Assembly: GCA_002773945.1 (NCBI GenBank)
Contig: PEZT01000016.1
Coordinates: forward strand, 11,655-75,654
Source of the DNA: Candidatus Beckwithbacteria bacterium CG10_big_fil_rev_8_21_14_0_10_34_10
GTDB lineage: Bacteria; Patescibacteriota; Microgenomatia; UBA1400
Direction: 5' to 3'
Length of the DNA stretch: 64,000 nt
This document shows, piece after piece, positions 56,308 to 64,000 of this stretch (position 1 is its first letter; every line of letters starts with the position of its first letter). The notes beneath the pieces are model-generated. The model was not told where the DNA came from and made no database searches. It worked only from the letters and a program-made list of their open reading frames with translations. The translations under genes were made by a program, and so were the position numbers.

Positions 56308-57864
56308 TCAAGAAGGCATTTTATTTAAATGATGAAAATCTTGTTTTTTAATATTCTTAATGTATTCATTAAATTCCGCTTGTATCAAATTTGCCTTTTC
56401 TTTGTAAACTTTTAAAACTCTTTGGTAATAAGTTTTCTCTAATTTTTGTCCTTTCTGGCTTTCTTCCATTGTTATTGCTGGTCCGCTAGAAAAAGGCATC
56501 ATGCAATATTTTTTTAAATAAAGGTAACAGCATTTTGCTCTTAATTGCTGTTTGGTAGAAAGTTTTTTAAGTAATAAATTCTTCAACATCCCAAAATACT
56601 CTTTTTTAGATTTGGGTTCAATAGTAAAACCTAGGTGGTCGTAGAATGTATTACCGGCAATAATGGATGGGATACCTTTCAGGGCAGGCATTTCTACTCC
56701 CGCTGTACCAGTACAAGTTACTATCATATCAGCTACATTTAAAACAGTTGAAGCTTTAATCTTGCTACTCTGAGAAATAAACCTCATGTGAGAAGGTAAA
56801 TTTTTCATTTTTTTATTTAAGTTTAGATCTTTAGTTGGATAATACTTGTTTCCTGGATGCTCTTTAAAAATCCAATTTTTAGATTTATCATTTAGGGCAA
56901 ATTTGTAGGTTTGAATAAACCAATCATAATAATCCTTAAAAAGCATTTCTTTATAATGTGAATGGGGATAATCATTAAAAGCGTGCAGCATCACAAATAT
57001 ATTTTTTTTACTAATATCAAGTTTCATTTTTTTTATAAACGATTCTCTAGTAACCTCACTAAAAACAACATTATCATAACCAGCGGAAAGGGCTCCATAA
57101 TATGAATTGTCGACCTGATTAATAAACTTTTCAAAGTCCTTCTCCACTGATTTACTGTGTTTTTTTGCTAATAAATCCACTATTTTTTTAGAAGGCTTTA
57201 AGGCATAATTATACATTTGTTTTAAGCTATTAAAAACGCTCATGGCAATAATTTCATGACCCCCTCCTTTCCAATAAACCGGAATCTTTTTTTGCATTGC
57301 TACTCGAGAAAGAGGGCCAGATTTTAAACCAATATGATGAGAAACTAATATTGCCTTGACAGGATAATTATTGAAAACAAATCGAGCTTTTTTATCATTT
57401 ATTAAGACTCTGTAAAATATAGTTATTATCCTAAAATCTAAACAGTGCAAAGTAGCAAGGGAAAAAACTGATAAATAACAATCATAAACAAAATCTCCGT
57501 ATGGAATTTTATTAAATTTAAAAGAAAGAAGGTCTTTCTTTATTAAAACATAATAAAAATAGTAAAAAGTAGAAAGTAAAACAAAGTAAAACTTCTCTAA
57601 AAAATTTATTTTAGGAAAACTAATAAATAAGGAATTTGGTGAATAGCTTCGCATTAGCTCTTCATTAGTATAGTTAAATTTTATCCAGGCTATGCGCCAA
57701 TTCTTTGCCTGAGCAACTATCTTTGCGGCCACTGCATTAGAATGATTAATAACAGGGTGGCTTTGTGTTTCTACTAAAAGAAATTTTTTTGACTCAACTT
57801 CTTTAAATTTTAGCCAAAATTTTTTATTGATTTTTATAAATTTATTTTTTCTATTTTTTTTCAT
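56308..57864 (-). CDS. capsule-polysaccharide-biosynthesis-domain protein (KpsC/KpsS/LpsZ-like, possible beta-Kdo-type transferase)
   Basis: 518 aa; ...NWIFKEHPGNKY (conserved HP motif region)...VTCTGTAGVE...; my recollection of the family, not searched. Confidence 0.4.
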   Translation of the reverse strand: MKKNRKNKFIKINKKFWLKFKEVESKKFLLVETQSHPVINHSNAVAAKIVAQAKNWRIAWIKFNYTNEELMRSYSPNSLFISFPKINFLEKFYFVLLSTFYYFYYVLIKKDLLSFKFNKIPYGDFVYDCYLSVFSLATLHCLDFRIITIFYRVLINDKKARFVFNNYPVKAILVSHHIGLKSGPLSRVAMQKKIPVYWKGGGHEIIAMSVFNSLKQMYNYALKPSKKIVDLLAKKHSKSVEKDFEKFINQVDNSYYGALSAGYDNVVFSEVTRESFIKKMKLDISKKNIFVMLHAFNDYPHSHYKEMLFKDYYDWFIQTYKFALNDKSKNWIFKEHPGNKYYPTKDLNLNKKMKNLPSHMRFISQSSKIKASTVLNVADMIVTCTGTAGVEMPALKGIPSIIAGNTFYDHLGFTIEPKSKKEYFGMLKNLLLKKLSTKQQLRAKCCYLYLKKYCMMPFSSGPAITMEESQKGQKLEKTYYQRVLKVYKEKANLIQAEFNEYIKNIKKQDFHHLNKMPS

Positions 57865-57873
57865 AATAAATCA

Positions 57874-58812
57874 TCATTTTCTCGATACTTTAACAATTTG
57901 ATAAAAAGGGACTATTTTCCCTCCATAACTTAATTTATAACCGCCACGTTTAGGACTATTAATACCTAGCATATCCAATTCCTTAAGTCCTAAAGTTTTG
58001 TTTAGATAAACGCAGGCATCATAAAAATTTTTTGTTCCCACTCCCAATTTTTTCAAGCTTGGGTCTGTCCCGGCAAAAAGATGATATGCCCTAAATCGAT
58101 CATAAACAAAAAAACTGGCCATGGCTGGTTTCTTATTAGCTTCTGTGACTAAAAGTTTTCCTGCTTTAGCTCGGAGTAAATTTTTACAAATATTCATAAA
58201 AATTCTTGTTTGTTCTTTTGTTCTTTTAACTCCTTGCCTTTTTAAAGTTGCTTCATTAAAAGAACTTAACAACGCTATATCATTAGACTCTTTAGTCAAA
58301 AAGCGAATATCATTATTTTTATTTAAATCTCGGGTTCTTAACCTAGCATAACCTGAAGTATTCCCGGCTTTTGAAATATCCAAAAGACTGGTATAACGAA
58401 TAGAAATTTTATAATAACCTTTTTCTCTTTGATGATAATTAATCCAGTCAAAGGGACGCATATCAACAATATCCCAATGATTATTAAATTCAACTTTTTG
58501 ATAATGAGAAAATAAATATTTTCCAAAACACTCCAAAGCATTAAAAACAATTAGATTGCGGCGATAATTTCTCAAATTAGATAAATCTTTAAAGATAATA
58601 CCCCTGTAGGCCTGATAAGGCATTAATTTAATTCTTTTTGAAGATTCAGTAAAGGCAAACCCGGCAATAGTTTCTTCTCCCTGGAAACATCTTAAATATT
58701 TTACAGGCTGATTATAACTTTTGAGATAAAAGCTTTTACAAAAAACTGTTCCTTGAGGTGATACATTAACAAAAGTGTCCCAGCTATCTTTATCCCATTT
58801 ATTTATTTTCAT
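57874..58812 (-). CDS. GNAT-fold acyltransferase of the FemAB / Acetyltransf_6 type
   Basis: 312 aa; ...FFVYDRFRAYHLFAGTDPSLKKLGVGTKNFYDAC...; placed next to sugar aminotransferases. Confidence 0.35.
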   Translation of the reverse strand: MKINKWDKDSWDTFVNVSPQGTVFCKSFYLKSYNQPVKYLRCFQGEETIAGFAFTESSKRIKLMPYQAYRGIIFKDLSNLRNYRRNLIVFNALECFGKYLFSHYQKVEFNNHWDIVDMRPFDWINYHQREKGYYKISIRYTSLLDISKAGNTSGYARLRTRDLNKNNDIRFLTKESNDIALLSSFNEATLKRQGVKRTKEQTRIFMNICKNLLRAKAGKLLVTEANKKPAMASFFVYDRFRAYHLFAGTDPSLKKLGVGTKNFYDACVYLNKTLGLKELDMLGINSPKRGGYKLSYGGKIVPFYQIVKVSRK

Positions 58813-59804
58813 TATTTATCTCCATTTATTTCTTTCAACAATTCTTTTCGAGAATTTATTCTTTTTATCTCTTTCTGGGGAAAAGAAAATACTTGTTTAT
58901 TAGTAGGAATATAAGATATCACTTTTTTCCCCACAATAAAAGCAATAAACAATGCCATACTACTAGAACCAATTACAATATCTGCCCATATACAATCCTG
59001 AACAAGTAAATTCCTGGCTGGATTGGAAATAGATACAAGCTTTCTAATCCTTTTATATCTTTCACTCTTCAACATTTCAGAGTATTTATTTATTTTTTCA
59101 GCTGGATGCAGTCTAATTTTAAGTTCTAATAGAATTCCCATCGATCGTGATTTAATAATTTTTAATAAATCTTTAATCACTTCATATTCCGTATAACCAA
59201 AATAGTGAGAATTTCTATACTTTTTTAACGCAGATTGGAAGATTGGCTCGGATATATATAAAATTCTCATCTTTTTATTTTGATGTTGTTTTTTGTTATT
59301 CTGCTCCACTTTTTTAGCTTGTTCGAGGCTCTCTTCAAAATAAGGATTTTTTATCTGAAGTATAATTTTTTTAGGAAATCCATTTTTTAAAGCAATTCTA
59401 TAGGCCCATCTGTCACCCACAAATATATAATCTGGTAAGTTCATTTTCCAATCTCCTGGATAGCCAAATCTTTCTCTATAATTAATCCAATGGTCAAGAA
59501 AACAAGCTGTTTTAATATTATTTTTCTTTGCTGATTTTATAAAATCAATTTCTAAACTAGATCCACCACCTGACCCAGTTAAAACTAAATCAGGTTGAAA
59601 TAATTTTAAAATTTTTTCAATCCTGTGATTTTTTAAATGTAGTGCCTCTGCATATATACTTATTTTTTTCTCTAAAAATATCTTTTTCGCCGGACCTGCT
59701 AAATATAGCAACCATTTAAAATCTCCTTTATTTTTTTTTACCAAAGAAGCAAGAATATTAGCGCCACCAGCATCATGAGAGACAACTAAAATCTTCTTTT
59801 TCAC
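58812..59804 (-). CDS. hypothetical protein (possible Rossmann-like sugar-modifying enzyme)
   Basis: KILVVSHDAGGANILASL...LVLTGSGGGSSLEIDF; 330 aa; no confident family assignment. Confidence 0.3.
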   Translation of the reverse strand: MKKKILVVSHDAGGANILASLVKKNKGDFKWLLYLAGPAKKIFLEKKISIYAEALHLKNHRIEKILKLFQPDLVLTGSGGGSSLEIDFIKSAKKNNIKTACFLDHWINYRERFGYPGDWKMNLPDYIFVGDRWAYRIALKNGFPKKIILQIKNPYFEESLEQAKKVEQNNKKQHQNKKMRILYISEPIFQSALKKYRNSHYFGYTEYEVIKDLLKIIKSRSMGILLELKIRLHPAEKINKYSEMLKSERYKRIRKLVSISNPARNLLVQDCIWADIVIGSSSMALFIAFIVGKKVISYIPTNKQVFSFPQKEIKRINSRKELLKEINGDK

Positions 59805-61105
59805 TTTATTGTTTTCCGTAGCTTATATACTTTTTCAAAAGCTTTTATTACATCGTCAAGATCTTTCTTTTCCATTGAGGCATGGATTAAATCAAGTTGA
59901 AATAGCTGTTTATTGTTCAAGTCTTCCGCTACTGGACAAATCCCTTTTTTATAATTTGGTTTTCCCTTATACCATGGACATTTAAAAGGACAGCCTTTTT
60001 TACCATATGCAATCATTTTTTGATAAATTGGTTGCAAATAAAGAGGCTTACCGCCACGAGCAGCAATCAATATCCCCTCTCTTTCCCGGCCTTTGGTAGG
60101 AGCCAATTCTGCCTTAACAGCATTAATAAATTTATTACGTGAAATACCAACTATATTCTCATCATATTTAAAACATTGAATATAGTAAACATTGGAACAT
60201 CCTCTTCTTAAAGCCGGTGGTATAATTCCAGGTAGTGATTTTAATTTTTCGGCAATATAATTTGCGTTAGACGTTCGTTTCTTTAATAAATTTTTTAATT
60301 TTAGCAATTGGCATCTGGCTATTGCTGCCTCAATTTCTGTCATTCTAAAATTAAAACCAATCATATTAACTAGATTATTAACTCCCATTTTTCCTACCAC
60401 TGCTTCAGCGTGATTACGGATTAATCTTATTCTTTCAGCCAATTTATCATTGCTTGTCACTACCATGCCGCCTTCACCTGTATGAATATGTTTATGATAA
60501 TTCAAGGAAAATACACCAATATCTCCTAAGGTACCCGCATATTCCTCTCTATAAGTAGCCCCAATCGCCTGGGCACAATCTTCTATAATATAAAGGTTGT
60601 GTTTTTTGGCTAAGGCATTTATTTTCTCTCTATCATAAGGCTGCCCATAAATATCAACAACAAGGATTGCCTTAGTATATTTTGTAATTCTTTTTTCTAC
60701 TGATTTTGGATCAAGACAGAAATAATCTTCTTCAATATCAGCAAAAACAGGGATGGCATTAAAAACTAAAATGCTGGTTGCTGAAGCAGACATCGTACAG
60801 GGAGAAACTATAACTTCGTCGCCTGGCCCAATTCCACAAGCCCCTACAGCACAATAAAGCCCTGAAGTGCAGGAATTAACCGAAATTGCATGTTTAACTT
60901 TAAAATATCTTGCCCATTCTTTTTCTACTGCCTTAATTTGCGGCCCACCATAAAAACCAGGATCCCAAGAACCTAAGAATTTTGACAAGATTCCTGATTT
61001 TAAAACTTTTTCTACTGCCTTTATCTCTTTGCTATTAATCACCTTATAGGCCGGGAAAGGCTTGTTCCTTATCTTTGACCCACCGTTAATTGCCAACTTC
61101 TCCAT
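59801..61105 (-). CDS. DegT/DnrJ/EryC1/StrS-family PLP-dependent sugar aminotransferase (long, StsC-like subtype)
   Basis: INGGSKIRNKPFP...GSWDPGFYGGPQIKAVEKEWARYF...AISVNSCTSGL...VFSLNYHKHIHTGEGGMVVT (PLP lysine region); 434 aa. Confidence 0.8.
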   Translation of the reverse strand: MEKLAINGGSKIRNKPFPAYKVINSKEIKAVEKVLKSGILSKFLGSWDPGFYGGPQIKAVEKEWARYFKVKHAISVNSCTSGLYCAVGACGIGPGDEVIVSPCTMSASATSILVFNAIPVFADIEEDYFCLDPKSVEKRITKYTKAILVVDIYGQPYDREKINALAKKHNLYIIEDCAQAIGATYREEYAGTLGDIGVFSLNYHKHIHTGEGGMVVTSNDKLAERIRLIRNHAEAVVGKMGVNNLVNMIGFNFRMTEIEAAIARCQLLKLKNLLKKRTSNANYIAEKLKSLPGIIPPALRRGCSNVYYIQCFKYDENIVGISRNKFINAVKAELAPTKGREREGILIAARGGKPLYLQPIYQKMIAYGKKGCPFKCPWYKGKPNYKKGICPVAEDLNNKQLFQLDLIHASMEKKDLDDVIKAFEKVYKLRKTIK

Positions 61106-61111
61106 ATTTAA

Positions 61112-61858
61112 TTATCCTTCCTCAGTTTTTTTATGCCTAACTTTCTGGTTAATCTTGAGAAATTTTGGATTTTTTAAAAGAAATTCTACTACCTTTTTAG
61201 CTGAAAAAAAAGGATCTTTAGGAAGTAGATTCTTAAAAAGAATATTAATTAATTTATAATCATTTATTTCATCTAAAGTAACCCTCAAGTTAGGCCAATA
61301 CATTTTACCTTTAGCTTTAATGTTTTTTATTTTAAATTCTTCAGGATGTCTATAAATATAATAAGTGCTATGCACCCTTTCAATAGGATCATTAGCAAGC
61401 TTATCAATCTTTTCTAAAACCTCTAAGGAAAGCACTTGTACATCAAAGCCATCCGGATAAGACCTTTCAAGCGCATTAGAAATATAATTATATTTACCTT
61501 CTAAAAATACTTCTATCGCCTCGTCAATATGTCTAAAATCGATTAAGGGGCAATCTCCTGTCAGGACGACCACTATTTTAGCCCTAGAAGCCTTAGCCGC
61601 TTCTAAAATTCTTCTCAAAACATCATTTTCACTGCCTCGATAAAATTTAATTTTATAACTTTTACAAAAATCAACTATTTTATTGTCTTTCTTGTTAATA
61701 GTAGTGGCAACTATAATCTCATTAATATATTTGCTTTTCTTAATTCTATCAATCATTCTTTTTAAGGCAGGCTCACCGGCTAAAGACATAAGAACCTTGC
61801 CAGGCAACCGACTAGAACCCATTCTTGCTTCAATAGTACAAACTATTTTTTTATTCAT
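61112..61858 (-). CDS. acylneuraminate cytidylyltransferase-family protein (SpsF/PseF-like CMP-sugar synthetase)
   Basis: KIVCTIEARMGSSRLPGKVL...VVLTGDCPLID...YPDGFDVQV. Confidence 0.75.
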   Translation of the reverse strand: MNKKIVCTIEARMGSSRLPGKVLMSLAGEPALKRMIDRIKKSKYINEIIVATTINKKDNKIVDFCKSYKIKFYRGSENDVLRRILEAAKASRAKIVVVLTGDCPLIDFRHIDEAIEVFLEGKYNYISNALERSYPDGFDVQVLSLEVLEKIDKLANDPIERVHSTYYIYRHPEEFKIKNIKAKGKMYWPNLRVTLDEINDYKLINILFKNLLPKDPFFSAKKVVEFLLKNPKFLKINQKVRHKKTEEG

Positions 61859-62835
61859 TTAGCTTCTTTTATCAACTTCATACATATTTCTTGAGTTTTT
61901 AAAGCATTTTCTCCACAAGATAATAATTTTTCTTTTTTTTCAACATGACCAATAATATTATCTATTAATTTTAATAGTCCTTCATTAATATTAGTTTGTT
62001 TTATTACTCGCTCGCCTAAATCCTTATAGTCAGAAAAAATAGGATCTTGACGAACAGCTTGCAGACTGTATTGCAACCCAAACTGATAGATATTAATTCT
62101 TATCTTGCTAAATAATAAATCCATTTCCCCAATACTATACTCTTTTGCATTTCCCGCAATAAGATGAACTTTTATATTGTTTTTAAACTTTAGAAAAATA
62201 TCTAAAGTAGGATCAGTTTTTTTATAATCAATAGTTTTTGCAAGAATTTTATATGATATAACCTCCCCAAAAAAATATCTTAACAAATCGATTACATGTG
62301 ATCCATTATTTAAAATTCCCTTAGTGTAAATTACTGATGTGTTGATAAAACTACCATACCTCCCATTATCAATATTATATTTTATTTTTTGAATGGTGCT
62401 ATCAAACCTTCGGTTAAAATTTACTGTTAAAGAAATCTTGTTTTTTTTATATTCCATCAGTACTTTTTTAGCCAGTCGGCTATCATTACTTAGTGGCTTC
62501 TCGCAAATGACTGCTTTTGGTTTATAATCCAAAACTACTTTTAATACTTTGACATGTGTTTCTGTAGGCGTACAAATATAAACAAGGTCAGGTTTTATTT
62601 GAGAAAACATCTCTTTTAATCCAATAAAAGGAACTGTTTTCCACTTACGAGCAAATGTCACTGCTTTTTTATAAAAAAGATCATAAACTCCAACAAGATC
62701 AGTTTTTTTATGAATACTAATAGCATGAGCGTGAGTTAAAACATTCTTATCTTGAAGCGAATCATACCCACCAGCTATATTACCGCAACCTATAATTACT
62801 GCTTTATATTTATGATTATTTTCCGTAACTTTCAT
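61855..62835 (-). CDS. Gfo/Idh/MocA-family NAD(P)-dependent oxidoreductase
   Basis: KAVIIGCGNIAGGY...VYICTPTETHVKVL...AVICEKPLS. Confidence 0.75.
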   Translation of the reverse strand: MKVTENNHKYKAVIIGCGNIAGGYDSLQDKNVLTHAHAISIHKKTDLVGVYDLFYKKAVTFARKWKTVPFIGLKEMFSQIKPDLVYICTPTETHVKVLKVVLDYKPKAVICEKPLSNDSRLAKKVLMEYKKNKISLTVNFNRRFDSTIQKIKYNIDNGRYGSFINTSVIYTKGILNNGSHVIDLLRYFFGEVISYKILAKTIDYKKTDPTLDIFLKFKNNIKVHLIAGNAKEYSIGEMDLLFSKIRINIYQFGLQYSLQAVRQDPIFSDYKDLGERVIKQTNINEGLLKLIDNIIGHVEKKEKLLSCGENALKTQEICMKLIKEAK

Positions 62836-62837
62836 TT

Positions 62838-64000
62838 TTATGCTAATCTTTTAAACCCAGCGTGGCAAACAGAACCTTTTAAATGCTTTTCTGGATTACC
62901 TTCTTTTACAGCTTTAGCTATAAAAGCAAATACTTCATCTAACGCTTCTAAGTATTTTTTAACGTGCTTTTTTTTATGGGCATAGGAAGCATAAAAACTT
63001 GTGCTAGCCAGGAACCCTTTTTCTAGCATTAATTGAGTAAAAATAGTTTTTAGAACCAGTTGTTTTTTGTGTTTGAAAGAAAAATGTCCAATGGCATTAG
63101 TGCCAGAAACATTTATTTTAAGTCCATGTTTTTGAGCTGTTGATTGCCAGCCCTTTTTTATTTGCCCACCAATATTCTGCAAATAACTATAAACATGATA
63201 GCACTTTGATTTTCTGATGGTGGCTAGGCTGGCTACTAATCCAATTCTTTCAGTCCAAGAAGTGCTACTAATAAAAGTATCTTGGGCAATTTGCATTATT
63301 TTTCTCTTGCCAATAATTACCCCCATAGAATAACCATTACTTATGGCTTTGGCAAAAACAGCTATATCAGGCTCCATCTCTAGCTGAAGATGGGCTCCTC
63401 CCTCATTAAGCCTAAAACCCATACTCACTTCATCAATAATCAAAACAATACCAAGCTTTTTAGTTATTTCAACAATGGTGTCAATAAATTCTCTTTCAGG
63501 TTGATTATGTCTTAACGGCTCCATAATCACTGCCCCAATTTTATCTCTGTGTTTTTTGATTAGCCACAAAAATTGCTTAGTTTTATTAAATTTAAAAGGA
63601 TAAGATGTTCTTTTTAAGACTCGAGGAACGCCTAGTGGATTAAGTCCAGGCAGTAAATGACCATCTAAAGCTTTTTTATCAGCCAGATTAGATGATAAAT
63701 ACCAATCATGCCAACCATGATAACCACAAAACAAAATCACATCTTTTTTTGTCCTGGCTCGGGCAATTCTAATTGCTACGGCCACTGCTTCTCCCCCTGT
63801 CCGAGTATAGCGAACCATTTGCGCCCAAGGGTGAATCTTAATCAACAATTTTGCTAATTCCACTTCTTCAGGTGCATTTAAAATACTTATATTTCCTTTA
63901 TCAACTGCATTTTTTACTGCCCGATCAACATCTGAATCGGCATATCCTAAAATACAAGCCCCTACAGACATCTGACCCATATCAATATATTTTTTATCAT
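62838..64000 (-). CDS. class III (GSA-aminomutase-like) PLP aminotransferase; the N-terminus lies beyond the window end
   Basis: ...ILGYADSDVDRAV...FCGYHGWHDWYL...IIDEVSMGFRL...; the frame stays open upstream of the listed Met (…DKKYIDMGQM…) to position 64000. Confidence 0.7.
   Translation of the reverse strand, partial: DKKYIDMGQMSVGACILGYADSDVDRAVKNAVDKGNISILNAPEEVELAKLLIKIHPWAQMVRYTRTGGEAVAVAIRIARARTKKDVILFCGYHGWHDWYLSSNLADKKALDGHLLPGLNPLGVPRVLKRTSYPFKFNKTKQFLWLIKKHRDKIGAVIMEPLRHNQPEREFIDTIVEITKKLGIVLIIDEVSMGFRLNEGGAHLQLEMEPDIAVFAKAISNGYSMGVIIGKRKIMQIAQDTFISSTSWTERIGLVASLATIRKSKCYHVYSYLQNIGGQIKKGWQSTAQKHGLKINVSGTNAIGHFSFKHKKQLVLKTIFTQLMLEKGFLASTSFYASYAHKKKHVKKYLEALDEVFAFIAKAVKEGNPEKHLKGSVCHAGFKRLA

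Noticed and set aside
1-64000. CRISPR arrays, transposases or integrases, prophage genes, rRNA or tRNA.
   Set aside because: I found no direct-repeat/spacer periodicity, no DDE or tyrosine-recombinase motifs and no phage structural genes. Every long ORF is accounted for by envelope or housekeeping functions.

Overview
This is an AT-rich, very gene-dense bacterial chromosomal segment, almost entirely coding, with about 65 genes, mostly on the minus strand. By eye GC is roughly one third. I found no rRNA, tRNA, CRISPR array, transposase or integrase. (1) 1-16 kb holds a rearranged cell-division and peptidoglycan cluster read on the minus strand. It runs mraZ (with upstream GTGG-type direct repeats), rsmH, ftsL, ftsI, murE, then a GlmU split into two genes with a HAD phosphatase between them, pgeF/yfiH, a fused murC-murB gene, murA, two tiny ORFs, glmS, yvcK, an alpha/beta hydrolase, and a murF whose N-terminus is a polytopic membrane segment (it runs off the window start). 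(2) 16-21 kb holds a secreted hypothetical protein, glycine-tRNA ligase, a short recO and a large exported DUF4012-like protein. (3) 21-64 kb is one uninterrupted cell-surface glycan biosynthesis super-locus that continues past the window end. It contains a PglC-like initiating transferase, ManC and a Nudix hydrolase, about 8 GT4 and 5 GT2 glycosyltransferases, about 8 polytopic GT-C-like membrane proteins (DE / HPPLGK-type loop motifs), a Wzx flippase, a Wzy_C/O-antigen-ligase-family protein, an LbH acetyltransferase, UXS and epimerase SDRs, two SAM methyltransferases, a KpsC/KpsS-like capsule-synthesis-domain protein, and a CMP-sugar-type module (DegT aminotransferase, SpsF-like cytidylyltransferase, Gfo/Idh/MocA oxidoreductase, class-III aminotransferase). 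The combination of reduced Mur enzymes, split and fused cell-wall genes and a giant glycosylation locus suggests a small-genome, candidate-phyla-radiation-like (CPR-like, ultrasmall uncultivated bacteria) or Firmicutes-like lineage; that is inference, not demonstrated. All calls rest on motifs read by eye from the supplied translations; I ran no database search.
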